In this document: positions 27,865 to 36,900 of the stretch, in pieces
Layout of the letters: each line of letters begins with the position of its first letter
How positions within the stretch are numbered: position 1 is the stretch's first letter
DNA from: Planctomycetota bacterium
GTDB lineage: Bacteria > Planctomycetota > UBA1135 > UBA2386
NCBI GenBank assembly: GCA_046290465.1
Contig: JBKAGP010000001.1
Span: 1,785,484-1,849,483, forward strand
Direction of reading: 5' to 3'
Length of the DNA: 64,000 nucleotides
The notes under the pieces: generated by a model
Seen by the model: the letters and a program-made list of their open reading frames with translations, nothing else
What the model was told of the DNA's origin: nothing
Databases searched by the model: none
Program-made: the position numbers and the translations under genes

Positions 27865-28593
27865 GTGGCTAGGGTGTGCGGCTTGTCCGACACCCCGCTG
27901 ATCGTCTCCCCCGGAATCAACGAGCGTTCCGTGCGTGTGCCCGGCGAGGGCCAGCGCAAGGTGCCCGACGGTTGGATCCTGGTCCCACCCGGCGACGCCG
28001 CGCTGACGCGCCGCATCAAGGCCGGCGGCCCGTGCTGGGTCGTGCAGGAGAAGCGCGGCCGACGCACGTTCTCGCGCGGCGTCTGGGCCGAGCGGGCCCG
28101 CGTCGAGCAGATCCAGCAGGCGCTCGAGGTCGAACGTGCCGATCCGGCGCATGAGCGCAAGCAGCAGGCGGCGGCCAGGCGACGCGAACAGAAGCAGACC
28201 GCCTACGTCTCCGAGTTCGCCGAGGCGGTGCGGCGCTTCCTCGACTTCCCGCTGCAGTACCACGAACTGTGCGAGCAGATGGTGCAGCGCGTCACCGCAC
28301 ACGCGACCCCCGTCGGCAGCGGCACCGTCGCGCGCACCGAGCGCATCCCGGTGCACCGGCGGGCCGAGTCCGCGGTGATCGCCTGGCTCCGCCACCAGAC
28401 CACCGCCTACGACCACATGCACATCGCCCGCGTCAAGGGACGCCGCCGCGAGGTCCGCCGCATGCTCGCCGAACGATCGCGCGAGCTGCTCGACGCCTAC
28501 CGCCAGGGACGCGCCGACGACCTGGTCGACTGTCCGCTGCAGAAGGCGCTGCGGCAGCCGCCGCTCAACGAGGCTTCGGCCGCGACAGACTGA
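27865..28593 (+). CDS. DUF2293-like protein
   Basis: The C-terminal half VGSGTVARTERIPVHRRAESAVIAWLRHQTTAYDHMHIARVKGRRREVRRMLAERSRELLDAYR matches my recollection of the DUF2293 signature (RH..T.YD). The start is GTG at 27865, with no in-frame ATG nearby. The assignment is from memory, not from a search. Confidence 0.6.
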   Translation: MARVCGLSDTPLIVSPGINERSVRVPGEGQRKVPDGWILVPPGDAALTRRIKAGGPCWVVQEKRGRRTFSRGVWAERARVEQIQQALEVERADPAHERKQQAAARRREQKQTAYVSEFAEAVRRFLDFPLQYHELCEQMVQRVTAHATPVGSGTVARTERIPVHRRAESAVIAWLRHQTTAYDHMHIARVKGRRREVRRMLAERSRELLDAYRQGRADDLVDCPLQKALRQPPLNEASAATD

Positions 28594-29722
28594 TGCGCGG
28601 CAGCGGCGTGCCCTTGGTCTCGTCGTCGCGCATGTCGACCAGGTCGAGGTCGATCGGCAGCAAGGTCTCGCGCGCCATCGCCGGCGACACCAGCTCGCGC
28701 CGCGCGAGCTGCACCAGCAGCGCCCGGAAGTCGGCGCGCAGTTCGGCGGCGATGTCCTCGACGGCGGTGCGCAGCTGCGCGGCGTCGTGCCACTGGACGC
28801 TCTCCTGCGCCTGGCTGCGCAACCGCTTGGCCGCCTTGCCGTCGGCCAGCTGCTTCAGGCAACGGAACGCGTAGTCGACGCGGTCGATCGTCACCGTGCG
28901 GCCGCCGCGCGGCCGGCCTTCGCGACGGTGATGGCGCACGTGGCTCGGCCCCGGCGCGAACGCGTCCTGCGCGCGCGTGCCGATCGACAGCTCGTAGCGC
29001 ACCTCCGGCGGCCAGCCCTCGAGCTTGCCCGGTCGCGCCACCCCGCAACCCATGCCCATCGACGACGAGAAGCCCGAACCGAAGCTGTCGGGCTCGACGA
29101 CGTACACCTCGAGTTCGATGCGGCAGCGACCGACCAGTTCCGGCGCGACCAGCTCCGGCCGATGTCGCACGAGCAGGTTGCACGCCGCGACCCAGCCGAC
29201 CCGCAGGTGACGTTCGTCCAGCAAGCGCAGCAGCATGCCGGCGTGCCGGGGAACGTCGCGCGATGCGATCACCAACGCCTCTGCGGTCCGCGCGCCGAAC
29301 CACGGCGCCAGCTCGGTCGGCGGCACCCGCGTGCCGGTCCGGATCACTGCGTCGAGCACCGCACCGGCGGCGCGGCGCCACGCGCCCTGGGGCAGCCGAT
29401 CGCCGCGGTGCGCCAACACCGTGCCGAGCGCCAGCCGCAGTTCGCGGCCGACGCTGGCGTCGTCGGGCGTGCGGTAGGCCGCCCACGCGATCCGCTGCAG
29501 GTCCTGGCCCGCGAGGTCCCGGCACAGCTGCTGGTGCCGCTCGAGCTGCCGTTCGTCCTGACCGGGCAGGGCGGCGCCGAGGGCGATCGCCCACAGGGCC
29601 ACCGTTCGCAGGACCATCATTCGCTGGACCATCATTCGCTGGGCCATCATTCGCTGGGCCATCGTCGCAAGGGCCATCACGGACCGCATCCGCGGCTTCG
29701 ACAGGGCAGGTCGCACCGGCAT
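28565..29722 (-). CDS. Hypothetical secreted protein; start ambiguous within a repeat of ATG-containing units
   Basis: The composition is balanced and non-shadow. The likely signal is MVLRTVALWAIALGAALPGQ, preceded by MAQRM-type repeats. The 3' end overlaps the convergent DUF2293 gene by 29 nt. No family was recognised. Confidence 0.55.
   Translation of the reverse strand: MPVRPALSKPRMRSVMALATMAQRMMAQRMMVQRMMVLRTVALWAIALGAALPGQDERQLERHQQLCRDLAGQDLQRIAWAAYRTPDDASVGRELRLALGTVLAHRGDRLPQGAWRRAAGAVLDAVIRTGTRVPPTELAPWFGARTAEALVIASRDVPRHAGMLLRLLDERHLRVGWVAACNLLVRHRPELVAPELVGRCRIELEVYVVEPDSFGSGFSSSMGMGCGVARPGKLEGWPPEVRYELSIGTRAQDAFAPGPSHVRHHRREGRPRGGRTVTIDRVDYAFRCLKQLADGKAAKRLRSQAQESVQWHDAAQLRTAVEDIAAELRADFRALLVQLARRELVSPAMARETLLPIDLDLVDMRDDETKGTPLPRISLSRPKPR
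29611..29685. repeat. 15-bp tandem repeat (3 good + 2 degenerate copies) at the 5' end of the hypothetical gene
   Basis: The units are ggaccatcattcgct x2, gggccatcattcgct, then gggccatcgtcgcaa and gggccatcacggacc. On the minus strand each good unit carries ATGATG (MAQRM MAQRM MVQRM M...). Confidence 0.85.
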
Positions 29723-29851
29723 GCCGCAGGCGAACGGTGCCGCGGCGCCAACGGTTCACCCGACCTGCCCCTTTCCGCCCAGGTCGTCCGGGCACCTGCC
29801 CACGGCACCCTGCGCCGGGTAGCATCTGCCGGGCTGACGAAGGAGTCGAAC

Positions 29852-30691
29852 ATGCCGCATCCACCATCGATCGCCGCGCCGCTCGCGCTCGCCCTCTCCG
29901 TCCTCGCCGGCTGCGGCAGCAGCGGCGGCGGCAGCGGCGAGACCGCGCAGCTGACGCAGCCGTCCCCGACGGCGGTGACGCGCACCGACATCGCCGAGCT
30001 GCTGGGCACCGGCAACGTCGCGCCGGTCGGGCTGACGCTGACGCCCGACACCGACGAACTGGTGCTGCTCGACGCGTCCCAGGGCGTGTTCGTCATGCAG
30101 GCCGACCGACGCTTCCGACGGCTCGCGACCGCGCGCGAACTCGAGGACCGGGCGCAACCGGCGTCGACGTTCACCGACATCGCCGGCCTCGGCTCCAACC
30201 GCTTCGCGATCACCGCGCGCAGCGACGGCTTCCTCTACGACAGCGACGCCGGCACCATCGAGCAGCACTTCTGCTACGTGCCCGGCCTGCTCGGGCCGGG
30301 CTTCGACCAGCTGACGCTCGGCGTCGCGTTCGACCCGGCGACCGGCCGCATCCTGGTGCAGCCGGTCACGGTGCAGGGCTGGCAGCAGACGTTCGTCAGC
30401 GAGGTCGGCACGTTCCCGATCAGCGGCGGGGTCGGTGAGGACTGGCACCCGATCCAGGAGCAGGACTACCTCGCCGGCGGCATCACCTGCGACAGCGCCG
30501 GCCTGCTGTGGATGGGCCGCGGCGCCGAGCTGCACACCTACGACCTGCAGAACGACACGATGACGTTCCAGCAGTCGCTGACGCGATTCGGCATCACCGA
30601 CATCACCGGCATGGTGTTCGACGGCGACGACCTGATGGTGATCGACGGCCCGACGGCGCAGCTGGTCTGCATCCCGGCGGCGCTGCTCTAG
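29852..30691 (+). CDS. Hypothetical lipoprotein
   Basis: The ATG at 29852 is preceded by GAAGGAG (29839..29845). The lipobox is LSVLAGC, followed by a Gly/Ser linker. The upstream 355 codons of the ORF-track entry are a shadow over the minus-strand gene. Confidence 0.75.
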   Translation: MPHPPSIAAPLALALSVLAGCGSSGGGSGETAQLTQPSPTAVTRTDIAELLGTGNVAPVGLTLTPDTDELVLLDASQGVFVMQADRRFRRLATARELEDRAQPASTFTDIAGLGSNRFAITARSDGFLYDSDAGTIEQHFCYVPGLLGPGFDQLTLGVAFDPATGRILVQPVTVQGWQQTFVSEVGTFPISGGVGEDWHPIQEQDYLAGGITCDSAGLLWMGRGAELHTYDLQNDTMTFQQSLTRFGITDITGMVFDGDDLMVIDGPTAQLVCIPAALL

Positions 30692-30774
30692 GAGCGCGTC
30701 CATGTAGTGGACGCGCTGCCGACCGTGATCGCGGAAGCGGCGTGTACGCGTGCGGACGGGGCTTTGCCCTGTAG
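30689..30774. repeat. REP-like 86-bp intergenic element, copy A (hairpin end first)
   Basis: The sequence is taGGAGCGCGTCCAtgtagTGGACGCGCTgccgaccgtgatcgcggaagcggcgtgtacgcgtgcggacggggctttgccc. Over its 81-nt core it is the reverse complement of copy B with one mismatch. The first 3 nt are the TAG stop of the lipoprotein gene. Confidence 0.95.
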
Positions 30775-30792
30775 GCGACGCCGTCGCGACGG

Positions 30793-31536
30793 TCAGCGGC
30801 CGGCCAGGAAGCCGAACCGCTGGAACACGAACTCCGGCAGCAGCCGCACGATCGCCATCACCGCGCGCCACGACGCCGGCAGGTAGACGCAGTGCCAGCG
30901 GCGCTCCATCGCGCGCACGATGCCGCGCGCGACCCGCACCTTCTCCCCCCACAGGGCGTTGCGCGGATGGCCCTCGGACATCGGCGTCGCCACCGGGCCG
31001 AGCTTGAGGTCGTGCACGCGCACGCCGCGCCGATGCAGGCGGCTGCGCACGCCCTGCAGGTAGCACGACAGGCCGGCCTTGGCGGCGCCGTAGGTGTAGT
31101 TGCGCGGCCGGCCGCGCACGCCGGCGACCGACGTGATCGCCGCGAGATGGCCGTGGCCCTGCTGTTCGAAGTGCTCGGCCAGCGGCATCAGCAGCGAGAC
31201 CGCGCTGACGAAGTTGGTGTCGATGGTCGTGCGGGCGTAGCCGACGTCGCGCTCACTGCGCAGCTGGTCGCCGAGGTAGCCGTGCGCGATCAGCGCGCGG
31301 TCGCAGCCGCCGAGTGCCGCGACGCCCCGTTGCACCCGTTGCTCGGCCAGATCGAACTCGTTCAGGTCGCAGCTCTCGGAGCCGACCACCGCGTCGCCGC
31401 AGCGCGTTACCACCGCGGCGAGCCTGGTCGGGTCGCGGCCGATCAGGTAGAGCCGGTCACCGCGCTCGGCGCACAACACGGCCACCTCCGCGGCGATCGC
31501 CGAGGTCGCGCCGCAGATCAGGGTCTTGCGCTGCAT
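30793..31536 (-). CDS. Short-chain dehydrogenase/reductase (SDR)
   Basis: The sequence has ICGATSAIAAEVA (Rossmann glycine motif variant), the catalytic YTYGAAK, and a length of 247 aa. Confidence 0.9.
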   Translation of the reverse strand: MQRKTLICGATSAIAAEVAVLCAERGDRLYLIGRDPTRLAAVVTRCGDAVVGSESCDLNEFDLAEQRVQRGVAALGGCDRALIAHGYLGDQLRSERDVGYARTTIDTNFVSAVSLLMPLAEHFEQQGHGHLAAITSVAGVRGRPRNYTYGAAKAGLSCYLQGVRSRLHRRGVRVHDLKLGPVATPMSEGHPRNALWGEKVRVARGIVRAMERRWHCVYLPASWRAVMAIVRLLPEFVFQRFGFLAGR

Positions 31537-31615
31537 GCCGCGAGCTTAGCCCGCGACGGCACCGAGCAGCACATCCGCGTTGCGCCCAGCACAGCGGCGC
31601 GCGATCCTCGCGCCC

Positions 31616-32080
31616 ATGCGTCCATCGCCCGTCGGCCTCGTCCCGTTCGCCATCTGTACGTTCGCGCTCGTCGCGCTGCCCGGCGCCTGCACCGGACCAG
31701 GCAAGCACCAGCTGCGCGGCGCGACCACGCCGGTCGGTCCGTACTCGCCGGGGATCGACTGCGGCGACTACGTGTTCCTCGCCGGCCAGATCGGCAAGGA
31801 CCCGGCTACCGGCAAGCTGGTGCCGGGCGGCATCGAGGCCGAGACGCACCAGGTCCTGAAGAACCTCGGCGCGGTGCTGCACGAGGCCGGCCTCGACTAC
31901 GGCGATGTCGTCAAGAGCTCGGTGTTCCTCGCCGACGTCGGCGACTTCGCGGTGATGAACGGCATCTACCAGAGCTACTTCCCGGAGGGCGGCATCCCGC
32001 CGGTCCGCACCACCGTGCAGGTCGCCGCGATCCCGACCGGCGCGCGCATCGAGATCGACTTCATCGCAGCCCGCCGCTAG
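31616..32080 (+). CDS. ridA: RidA/YjgF-family protein with lipoprotein-type signal peptide
   Basis: GPYSPGIDCGDYVFLAGQIGKDPATGKLVPGGIEAETHQVLKNLGAVLHEAG...RTTVQVAAIPTGARIEID is canonical RidA. The ATG at 31616 gives MRPSPVGLVPFAICTFALVALPGAC. The ORF-track start at 31580 is TTG. Confidence 0.9.
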   Translation: MRPSPVGLVPFAICTFALVALPGACTGPGKHQLRGATTPVGPYSPGIDCGDYVFLAGQIGKDPATGKLVPGGIEAETHQVLKNLGAVLHEAGLDYGDVVKSSVFLADVGDFAVMNGIYQSYFPEGGIPPVRTTVQVAAIPTGARIEIDFIAARR

Positions 32081-32163
32081 CGGGCAAAGCCCCGTCCGCA
32101 AGCGTACACGCCGCTTCCGCGATCACGGTCGGCAGCGCGTCCACTACATGGACGCGCTCCTAA
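32078..32163. repeat. REP-like 86-bp intergenic element, copy B
   Basis: The sequence is tagcgggcaaagccccgtccgcaagcgtacacgccgcttccgcgatcacggtcggcAGCGCGTCCActacaTGGACGCGCTcctaa. Its left TAG is the ridA stop. At the right end, cta (32160..32162) is the TAG stop of the minus-strand VOC gene. Confidence 0.95.
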
Positions 32164-32642
32164 GCCCGATCGACGACCTCGATCGCGTTGCCCCACGGGT
32201 CGGTCAACTGCAGCGAACGCACCCCGTCGGCGCGACGGCTGCTCGGACCGAGCTCGGCGACGTCCGGGCTGACGATCGTCAGCGGCGGCTCGGCGTCGTC
32301 CCACCGGCACAGCTGCAGGTGCGTCTGGCCGAACGCGAGCAGCGCGCGCCGTTCGTCCACCTGCACGACCTCACAACGGAAGTGCTCGCGATACCAGGCG
32401 ACGGCCCGGTCGAGATCCCCGACGCGGACCGAGACCGCGTGCACGCGGTCCGACTCACCCTCGGCGCGCGGCGGCGGCTTGCGCTGGCACAGGAAGTCGG
32501 GGTTCTTGACCATCTGCGTGAGCGCCTGCTCGAGGCGGACGGCCAGCGCCGGCTCGTCGCGGCGGAGCCGATCGAGCAGCTGCCGACGGCCGGCATCGTC
32601 GAGGTCCATCGCATACTCGAAGTAGTCGTCCAGGGGGTCCAT
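32160..32642 (-). CDS. VOC (glyoxalase/bleomycin-resistance/dioxygenase) family protein with N-terminal helical extension
   Basis: The ATG at 32642 gives MDPLDDYFEY... The VOC core is RVHAVSVRVGDLDRAVAWYREHFRCEVV ... LTDPWGNAIEVVD. The upstream part of the ORF-track entry is a shadow. Confidence 0.75.
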   Translation of the reverse strand: MDPLDDYFEYAMDLDDAGRRQLLDRLRRDEPALAVRLEQALTQMVKNPDFLCQRKPPPRAEGESDRVHAVSVRVGDLDRAVAWYREHFRCEVVQVDERRALLAFGQTHLQLCRWDDAEPPLTIVSPDVAELGPSSRRADGVRSLQLTDPWGNAIEVVDRA

Positions 32643-32832
32643 GGGTGCCTGTTCGCAGCGCCACCCGGCTCGGACGCACGGGCGCGCCCCGGGCGGTGGC
32701 CTCGAAACGGCCGATGCTACCGCGCCGACCGCCCCGGCCAGAACGTTCGTGCCACATCCACCCCGTGCTCGTGGCACAATGTTCGGTGCAATCACCGCCC
32801 CCAGAACGGGCAGGTGAGCGTATCGACCCTCC

Positions 32833-33990
32833 ATGCCCTCGCTCCCGGTCCGCTCCACGAGCCTCGCGCTGCTGCTGACGACGTGCTGCGTCGCGGAGGT
32901 GGCTGCGCAGACGACGTGGATCGTCGACCAGGCCGGCGGCCCCGGCTCGCAGTTCACCAACCTGACGCCCGCGATCGCGGCGGCGTCCGACGGCGACCTG
33001 ATCCTGATCCGGCCCGGCAACTACGCCGAGGGCCAGCTCGACGTCGACAAGGGCCTGACGATCCTCGGCGAGACCGGCGTCGTCGTGACCATGAACGTGT
33101 TCGGCACCGCCGGCATGACGATCCACGACGTGCCGGCGACGTCGGCGTTCGCGATGCGCGACCTGCGCATCGGCGGCCAGCTCGCCGGCCCCCCGGTCGC
33201 GATCGTCGACTGCGCCGGCCTGGTGCTGCTCGACAAGCTCGAAGGACCGATCGGTGGGCTCGGGCTGCCCGAGAACTTCGGCGTGCACGTCGAGAGCTGC
33301 CAGCAGGTCCACCTGCACGGCCTGCTGGTCCGCGGCGGGCAGTCGGTGCGCTTCGAGAACAGCGTCGGCACGGTGACCCGCTGCACGCTCGAGGGCGGCA
33401 TCGCCGGCGTCGCGCAGCTCGTCGACTCGGACGTCACGTTCGATCGCTCGGTCGTCAACATCGAACCGACCGTCAGCTTCGCGCCGCCGATGCAGGTCGA
33501 CGGTGGCCGCGTGACGCTGTCGCGCTCGTCGGTCGAGGCGCCGATCTCGCCGCAGACCCCGCACCCGGCGATCGTCACCCAGGGCAGCGCCGAACTGCGC
33601 GTCGACCCGACCGCGTCGCTGGTGCCGACCGCCGGCCAACCGGCGATCAGCGGGCCGGCGATCGTCAGCAACGGCGAGGTCGACACACTGTCGCGCGACG
33701 GCACCGGCGTGATCACGTTCGACCTGCACGGCCGCGCCGGCTCGATCTACGGCAGCTACGCGACGCTGCCGGCAGCGACGACCGCGCTGCCGTTCGGCGT
33801 GCTGTGGCTCGACCTCAACCCGGCCGTGCAACTGCCGATCACGGCGGGTGTCGTCACCACGCGCCAGCAGTCGTTCACGCTGGACACTACGCCGCTGCCG
33901 CTCGGCCTGCGGTTCGTCGTGCAGGCCGGCGTGCTCGACCCGTCGCTGACGCTCGCGCTCAGCAACGGCGTCGGCGCGCTCGCCAACTGA
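32833..33990 (+). CDS. Secreted right-handed beta-helix repeat protein (pectate-lyase-fold like), function unknown
   Basis: The signal is MPSLPVRSTSLALLLTTCCVAEVAAQ, followed by TWIVDQAGGPGSQFTNLTPAIAAASDGDLILIRPGNY (typical beta-helix N-cap). Periodic V/I-x-G/N rungs follow. Confidence 0.7.
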   Translation: MPSLPVRSTSLALLLTTCCVAEVAAQTTWIVDQAGGPGSQFTNLTPAIAAASDGDLILIRPGNYAEGQLDVDKGLTILGETGVVVTMNVFGTAGMTIHDVPATSAFAMRDLRIGGQLAGPPVAIVDCAGLVLLDKLEGPIGGLGLPENFGVHVESCQQVHLHGLLVRGGQSVRFENSVGTVTRCTLEGGIAGVAQLVDSDVTFDRSVVNIEPTVSFAPPMQVDGGRVTLSRSSVEAPISPQTPHPAIVTQGSAELRVDPTASLVPTAGQPAISGPAIVSNGEVDTLSRDGTGVITFDLHGRAGSIYGSYATLPAATTALPFGVLWLDLNPAVQLPITAGVVTTRQQSFTLDTTPLPLGLRFVVQAGVLDPSLTLALSNGVGALAN

Positions 33991-33996
33991 GCCGGC

Positions 33997-36900
33997 TCAC
34001 GCCCACAGCACCAGCCCGCGCACCTTGGCGTCGTGGCGGCCATGTGCCGGCACGCGCACGCGCAGGCCGTGCTGGTAGTGGCCCGCCAGCTCGACGCGGT
34101 AGCCGCCGTGGAACGACTGCGCTCCGGCGTCGGTCTCGCCGACGTGCTCCAGCGGCACGACGATCGTCTCCTCGTCCCCCTCGCCGCGGGTCACCACCAG
34201 CTCGACGACGACGTCGTCGGGGCGCAGCGGGCCGAGCGCGACGTCGAGGTGCACGTCGAGGTGCTGGCCGACCTTGAAGTCCGCCATCTCGACCGTCGAG
34301 GCGCCGGTGATGCGCACCTTGTCGAAGCCCTGACGAACGCGCTGGAACTCGCGCGCGCGGGCCCGCGCCGGCGCCTTCTTCTCGGCCTGCTGGGCGAAGT
34401 AGCTGGCGGCCAGCGGGCGGTAGGCGTCGTCGAGGTAGTCCGACACCATGCGATCGGTACTGAACACCGCCGGTAGGGTCGCAAGGCAGCGGTTCATGCG
34501 CGCGACCCAGCTGGTCGGCACGCCGTCGTCGCAACCGAAGTAGCTCGGCACCAGCTCCTCCTCGAGCAGCCGGTAGAGGGCGGTCGCATCCGACTCGTTC
34601 TGCAGTTCGTGGCTGCCGTAGACCTGCGAGCCGCCGATCGTCCAGCCGTTGTGGCCGTCGGCGCCCTCCGGCCACCAGCCGTCGGCGATCGACAGGTTGA
34701 GCACGCCGTTGGCCGCCGCCTTCATGCCGGACGTGCCGCTGGCCTCCTCCATCCGGGTCGGCGTGTTGACCCACACGTCGACGCCCTGGACCAGCGCGCG
34801 CGCCACCGCCATGTCGTAGTCCTCGACGAAGAACACCTTGCCGACGAACTCGGGCGACCGCGCCAGCTGCACGATCGACTTGAGGATGTCCTGGCCGCGC
34901 TGGTCGCGCGGGTGCGCCTTGCCCGACACGACGATGCGCACCGGCCGGTCGGCGTCGTCGAGGATGCGCCGCAGCCGCTCCGGATCGCTGAACAGCAGGT
35001 GCGCGCGCTTGTACGGAGCGAACCGGCGCGCGAACCCGAGGTAGAGCGCGCGCTCGTCGAGGCCCTCGAGCATCGTGCTCAGCACCGTCGGGCTGTCGCC
35101 ACGGGCGTGGAAGCCGCGGGTCAGCACCTTCTGCACCTTGTCGATCATGCGGCGCTTGTTGTCGCAGTGCGCCGCCCACAGCTGTTCGGGCGCGACCTCG
35201 CCGGCGGCCGCGAACTCCGCCGGACGCACGCCGGCATCGCCCGTGCGCAGCAGCGCCGCGACGTTCTCGCTGGTCCAGGTCGCCAGGTGCACGCCGTTGG
35301 TCACCGACGTGATCGGCACCTCCCCCTCCAGCAGGCCCGGCCAGAACGCATGCAGCAGCTTCTGCGAGGCGCGGCCGTGCATCTTGCTGACGCCGTTGAC
35401 ATAGCCGGCGAAGTTCATCGCCAGGTAGGTCATGTTGAACACGCTGCCGCCATCGTCGGTCTGCTGGCGACCGAGCGCGAAGAAGCCGTCCCACGGCAGC
35501 CCGACCCACTCCTCGGCGTCGCCGAAGTAGGTGCGCACCAGGTCCTCGCCGAAGCGATCGTGGCCGGCCGGCACCGGCGTGTGGGTCGTGAACAGCGTGG
35601 TCTCGGCGATGTACTCGCGCGCCGCCTCGAACGGCAGGCCCTCGCCCTTGACCAGGCGCGAAGTGCGCTCGAGGGTCAGGAACGCGGCGTGGCCCTCGTT
35701 CATGTGGTAGACGGCCGGCCGCAGCTGCATCGCGCGCAGCAGCCGCACGCCGCCGCGGCCGAGCACGATCTCCTGCCGGATCCGCATCTCGTTGTCGCCG
35801 CCGTAGAGGTTGCGGGTGATGTCGCGATCCTCGTCGCGGTTCTGCGGCACGTTGGCGTCGAGCAGGAACAGCGGCACGCGGCCGACGCTCGCCTGCCACG
35901 CGCGCAGCACCACCTCGCGGCCCGGCATCGGCACGCTGATCTCGAGCGCGCTGCCGTCCGGCTTGCGCACCAGCTCGAGCGCCAGCTTCGGCGGCCGGTT
36001 CTCGCGGTCGGCCGCGATCTGCTGGCCGTCGCTCGACAGCTGCTGCTGCATGTAGCCGAACCGGTAGAACAGGCCGACGCCGACCAGCGGCACGTTGAGG
36101 TCGCTGGCCGACTTCAGGTGGTCACCGGCGAGGATGCCGAGGCCGCCCGAGTAGACCGGCAGCGAGTGGTGCACGCCGAACTCGGCCGAGAAGTAGGCGA
36201 CCGGGTGCTCGCGGCTCAACTGCGGCGCGTCGGTTCCGTCCCGCACCGGCATCGGCTGCTGCGCGGTCGCCATGTAGGCGTCGAACCGTTCGCAGACCTC
36301 GGCCAGCCGCGCCAGGTACGACGCGTCGCTGGCCTTCTGCTCGAGCGCCTCGAGCCCGACGCCCTGCAGGAACGCGACCGGGTTCTCGCCGCAGTCGTCG
36401 AACCCGGGCGCCAGCTCCTCGAACAGTTCGCGCACGCCCGGCGTCCACACCCACCAGAAGTTGCGGGCCAGCCGCTCAAGGCCGCGCAGGCTCTGCGGCA
36501 GCGTCGCCGACGCCTCGAAGCCCGACAGCCGTGGCCTGGTGCCGCCGCCCGGCGTCGGCAGCGCGCGCTTGGGCAGCCGGAACTGCACCACGCCCGACTT
36601 GCTGCGCCGCTGCACGGCGCCGATCGCGGCGTCGTAGGCCTTCAGGTAGTTCGCGTAGAGGTCCTTCCACGCGGTCCGCCCGGCCGCTTCGCGGCAGCGC
36701 GCGCGCAGCGCGTCGTCATTGGCCGGCCGGTCCAGGAACGCCTCGATCGCTTCGGCGGTCGACGCGACCACTTCCGCATACGGCACGCGCTCGCGGGCGA
36801 GCACCGTGATGCCGTCCTGCGGACCGAGGCCCGCCGACGCCGCCCAGCGACCGAAGCCGGCCAGGTCGGTCGTGATCGTCGGCACCCCGACCGCCAGCGC

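Noticed and set aside
30750-31007. Short ORFs starting MRTGLCP... (30750..31007 +, 31457..32101 -, 54949..55458 -) that recur three times.
   Set aside because: They start inside the 86-bp repeat (the GGGCAAAGCCCCGTCCGCA end read in reverse). Their similarity is a by-product of the DNA repeat, and the downstream sequence is shadow frame over real genes.
30689-32163. Reading the inverted 86-bp pair plus the SDR-ridA genes as a composite transposon or MITE-flanked mobile cassette.
   Set aside because: The window has no transposase or integrase. The two element ends are not inverted repeats of each other, and no direct target duplication flanks the pair (flanks CTC/AGC versus the copy B/D contexts). 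The other copies are solitary at convergent junctions. I kept this only as a hypothesis inside the REP-like finding.
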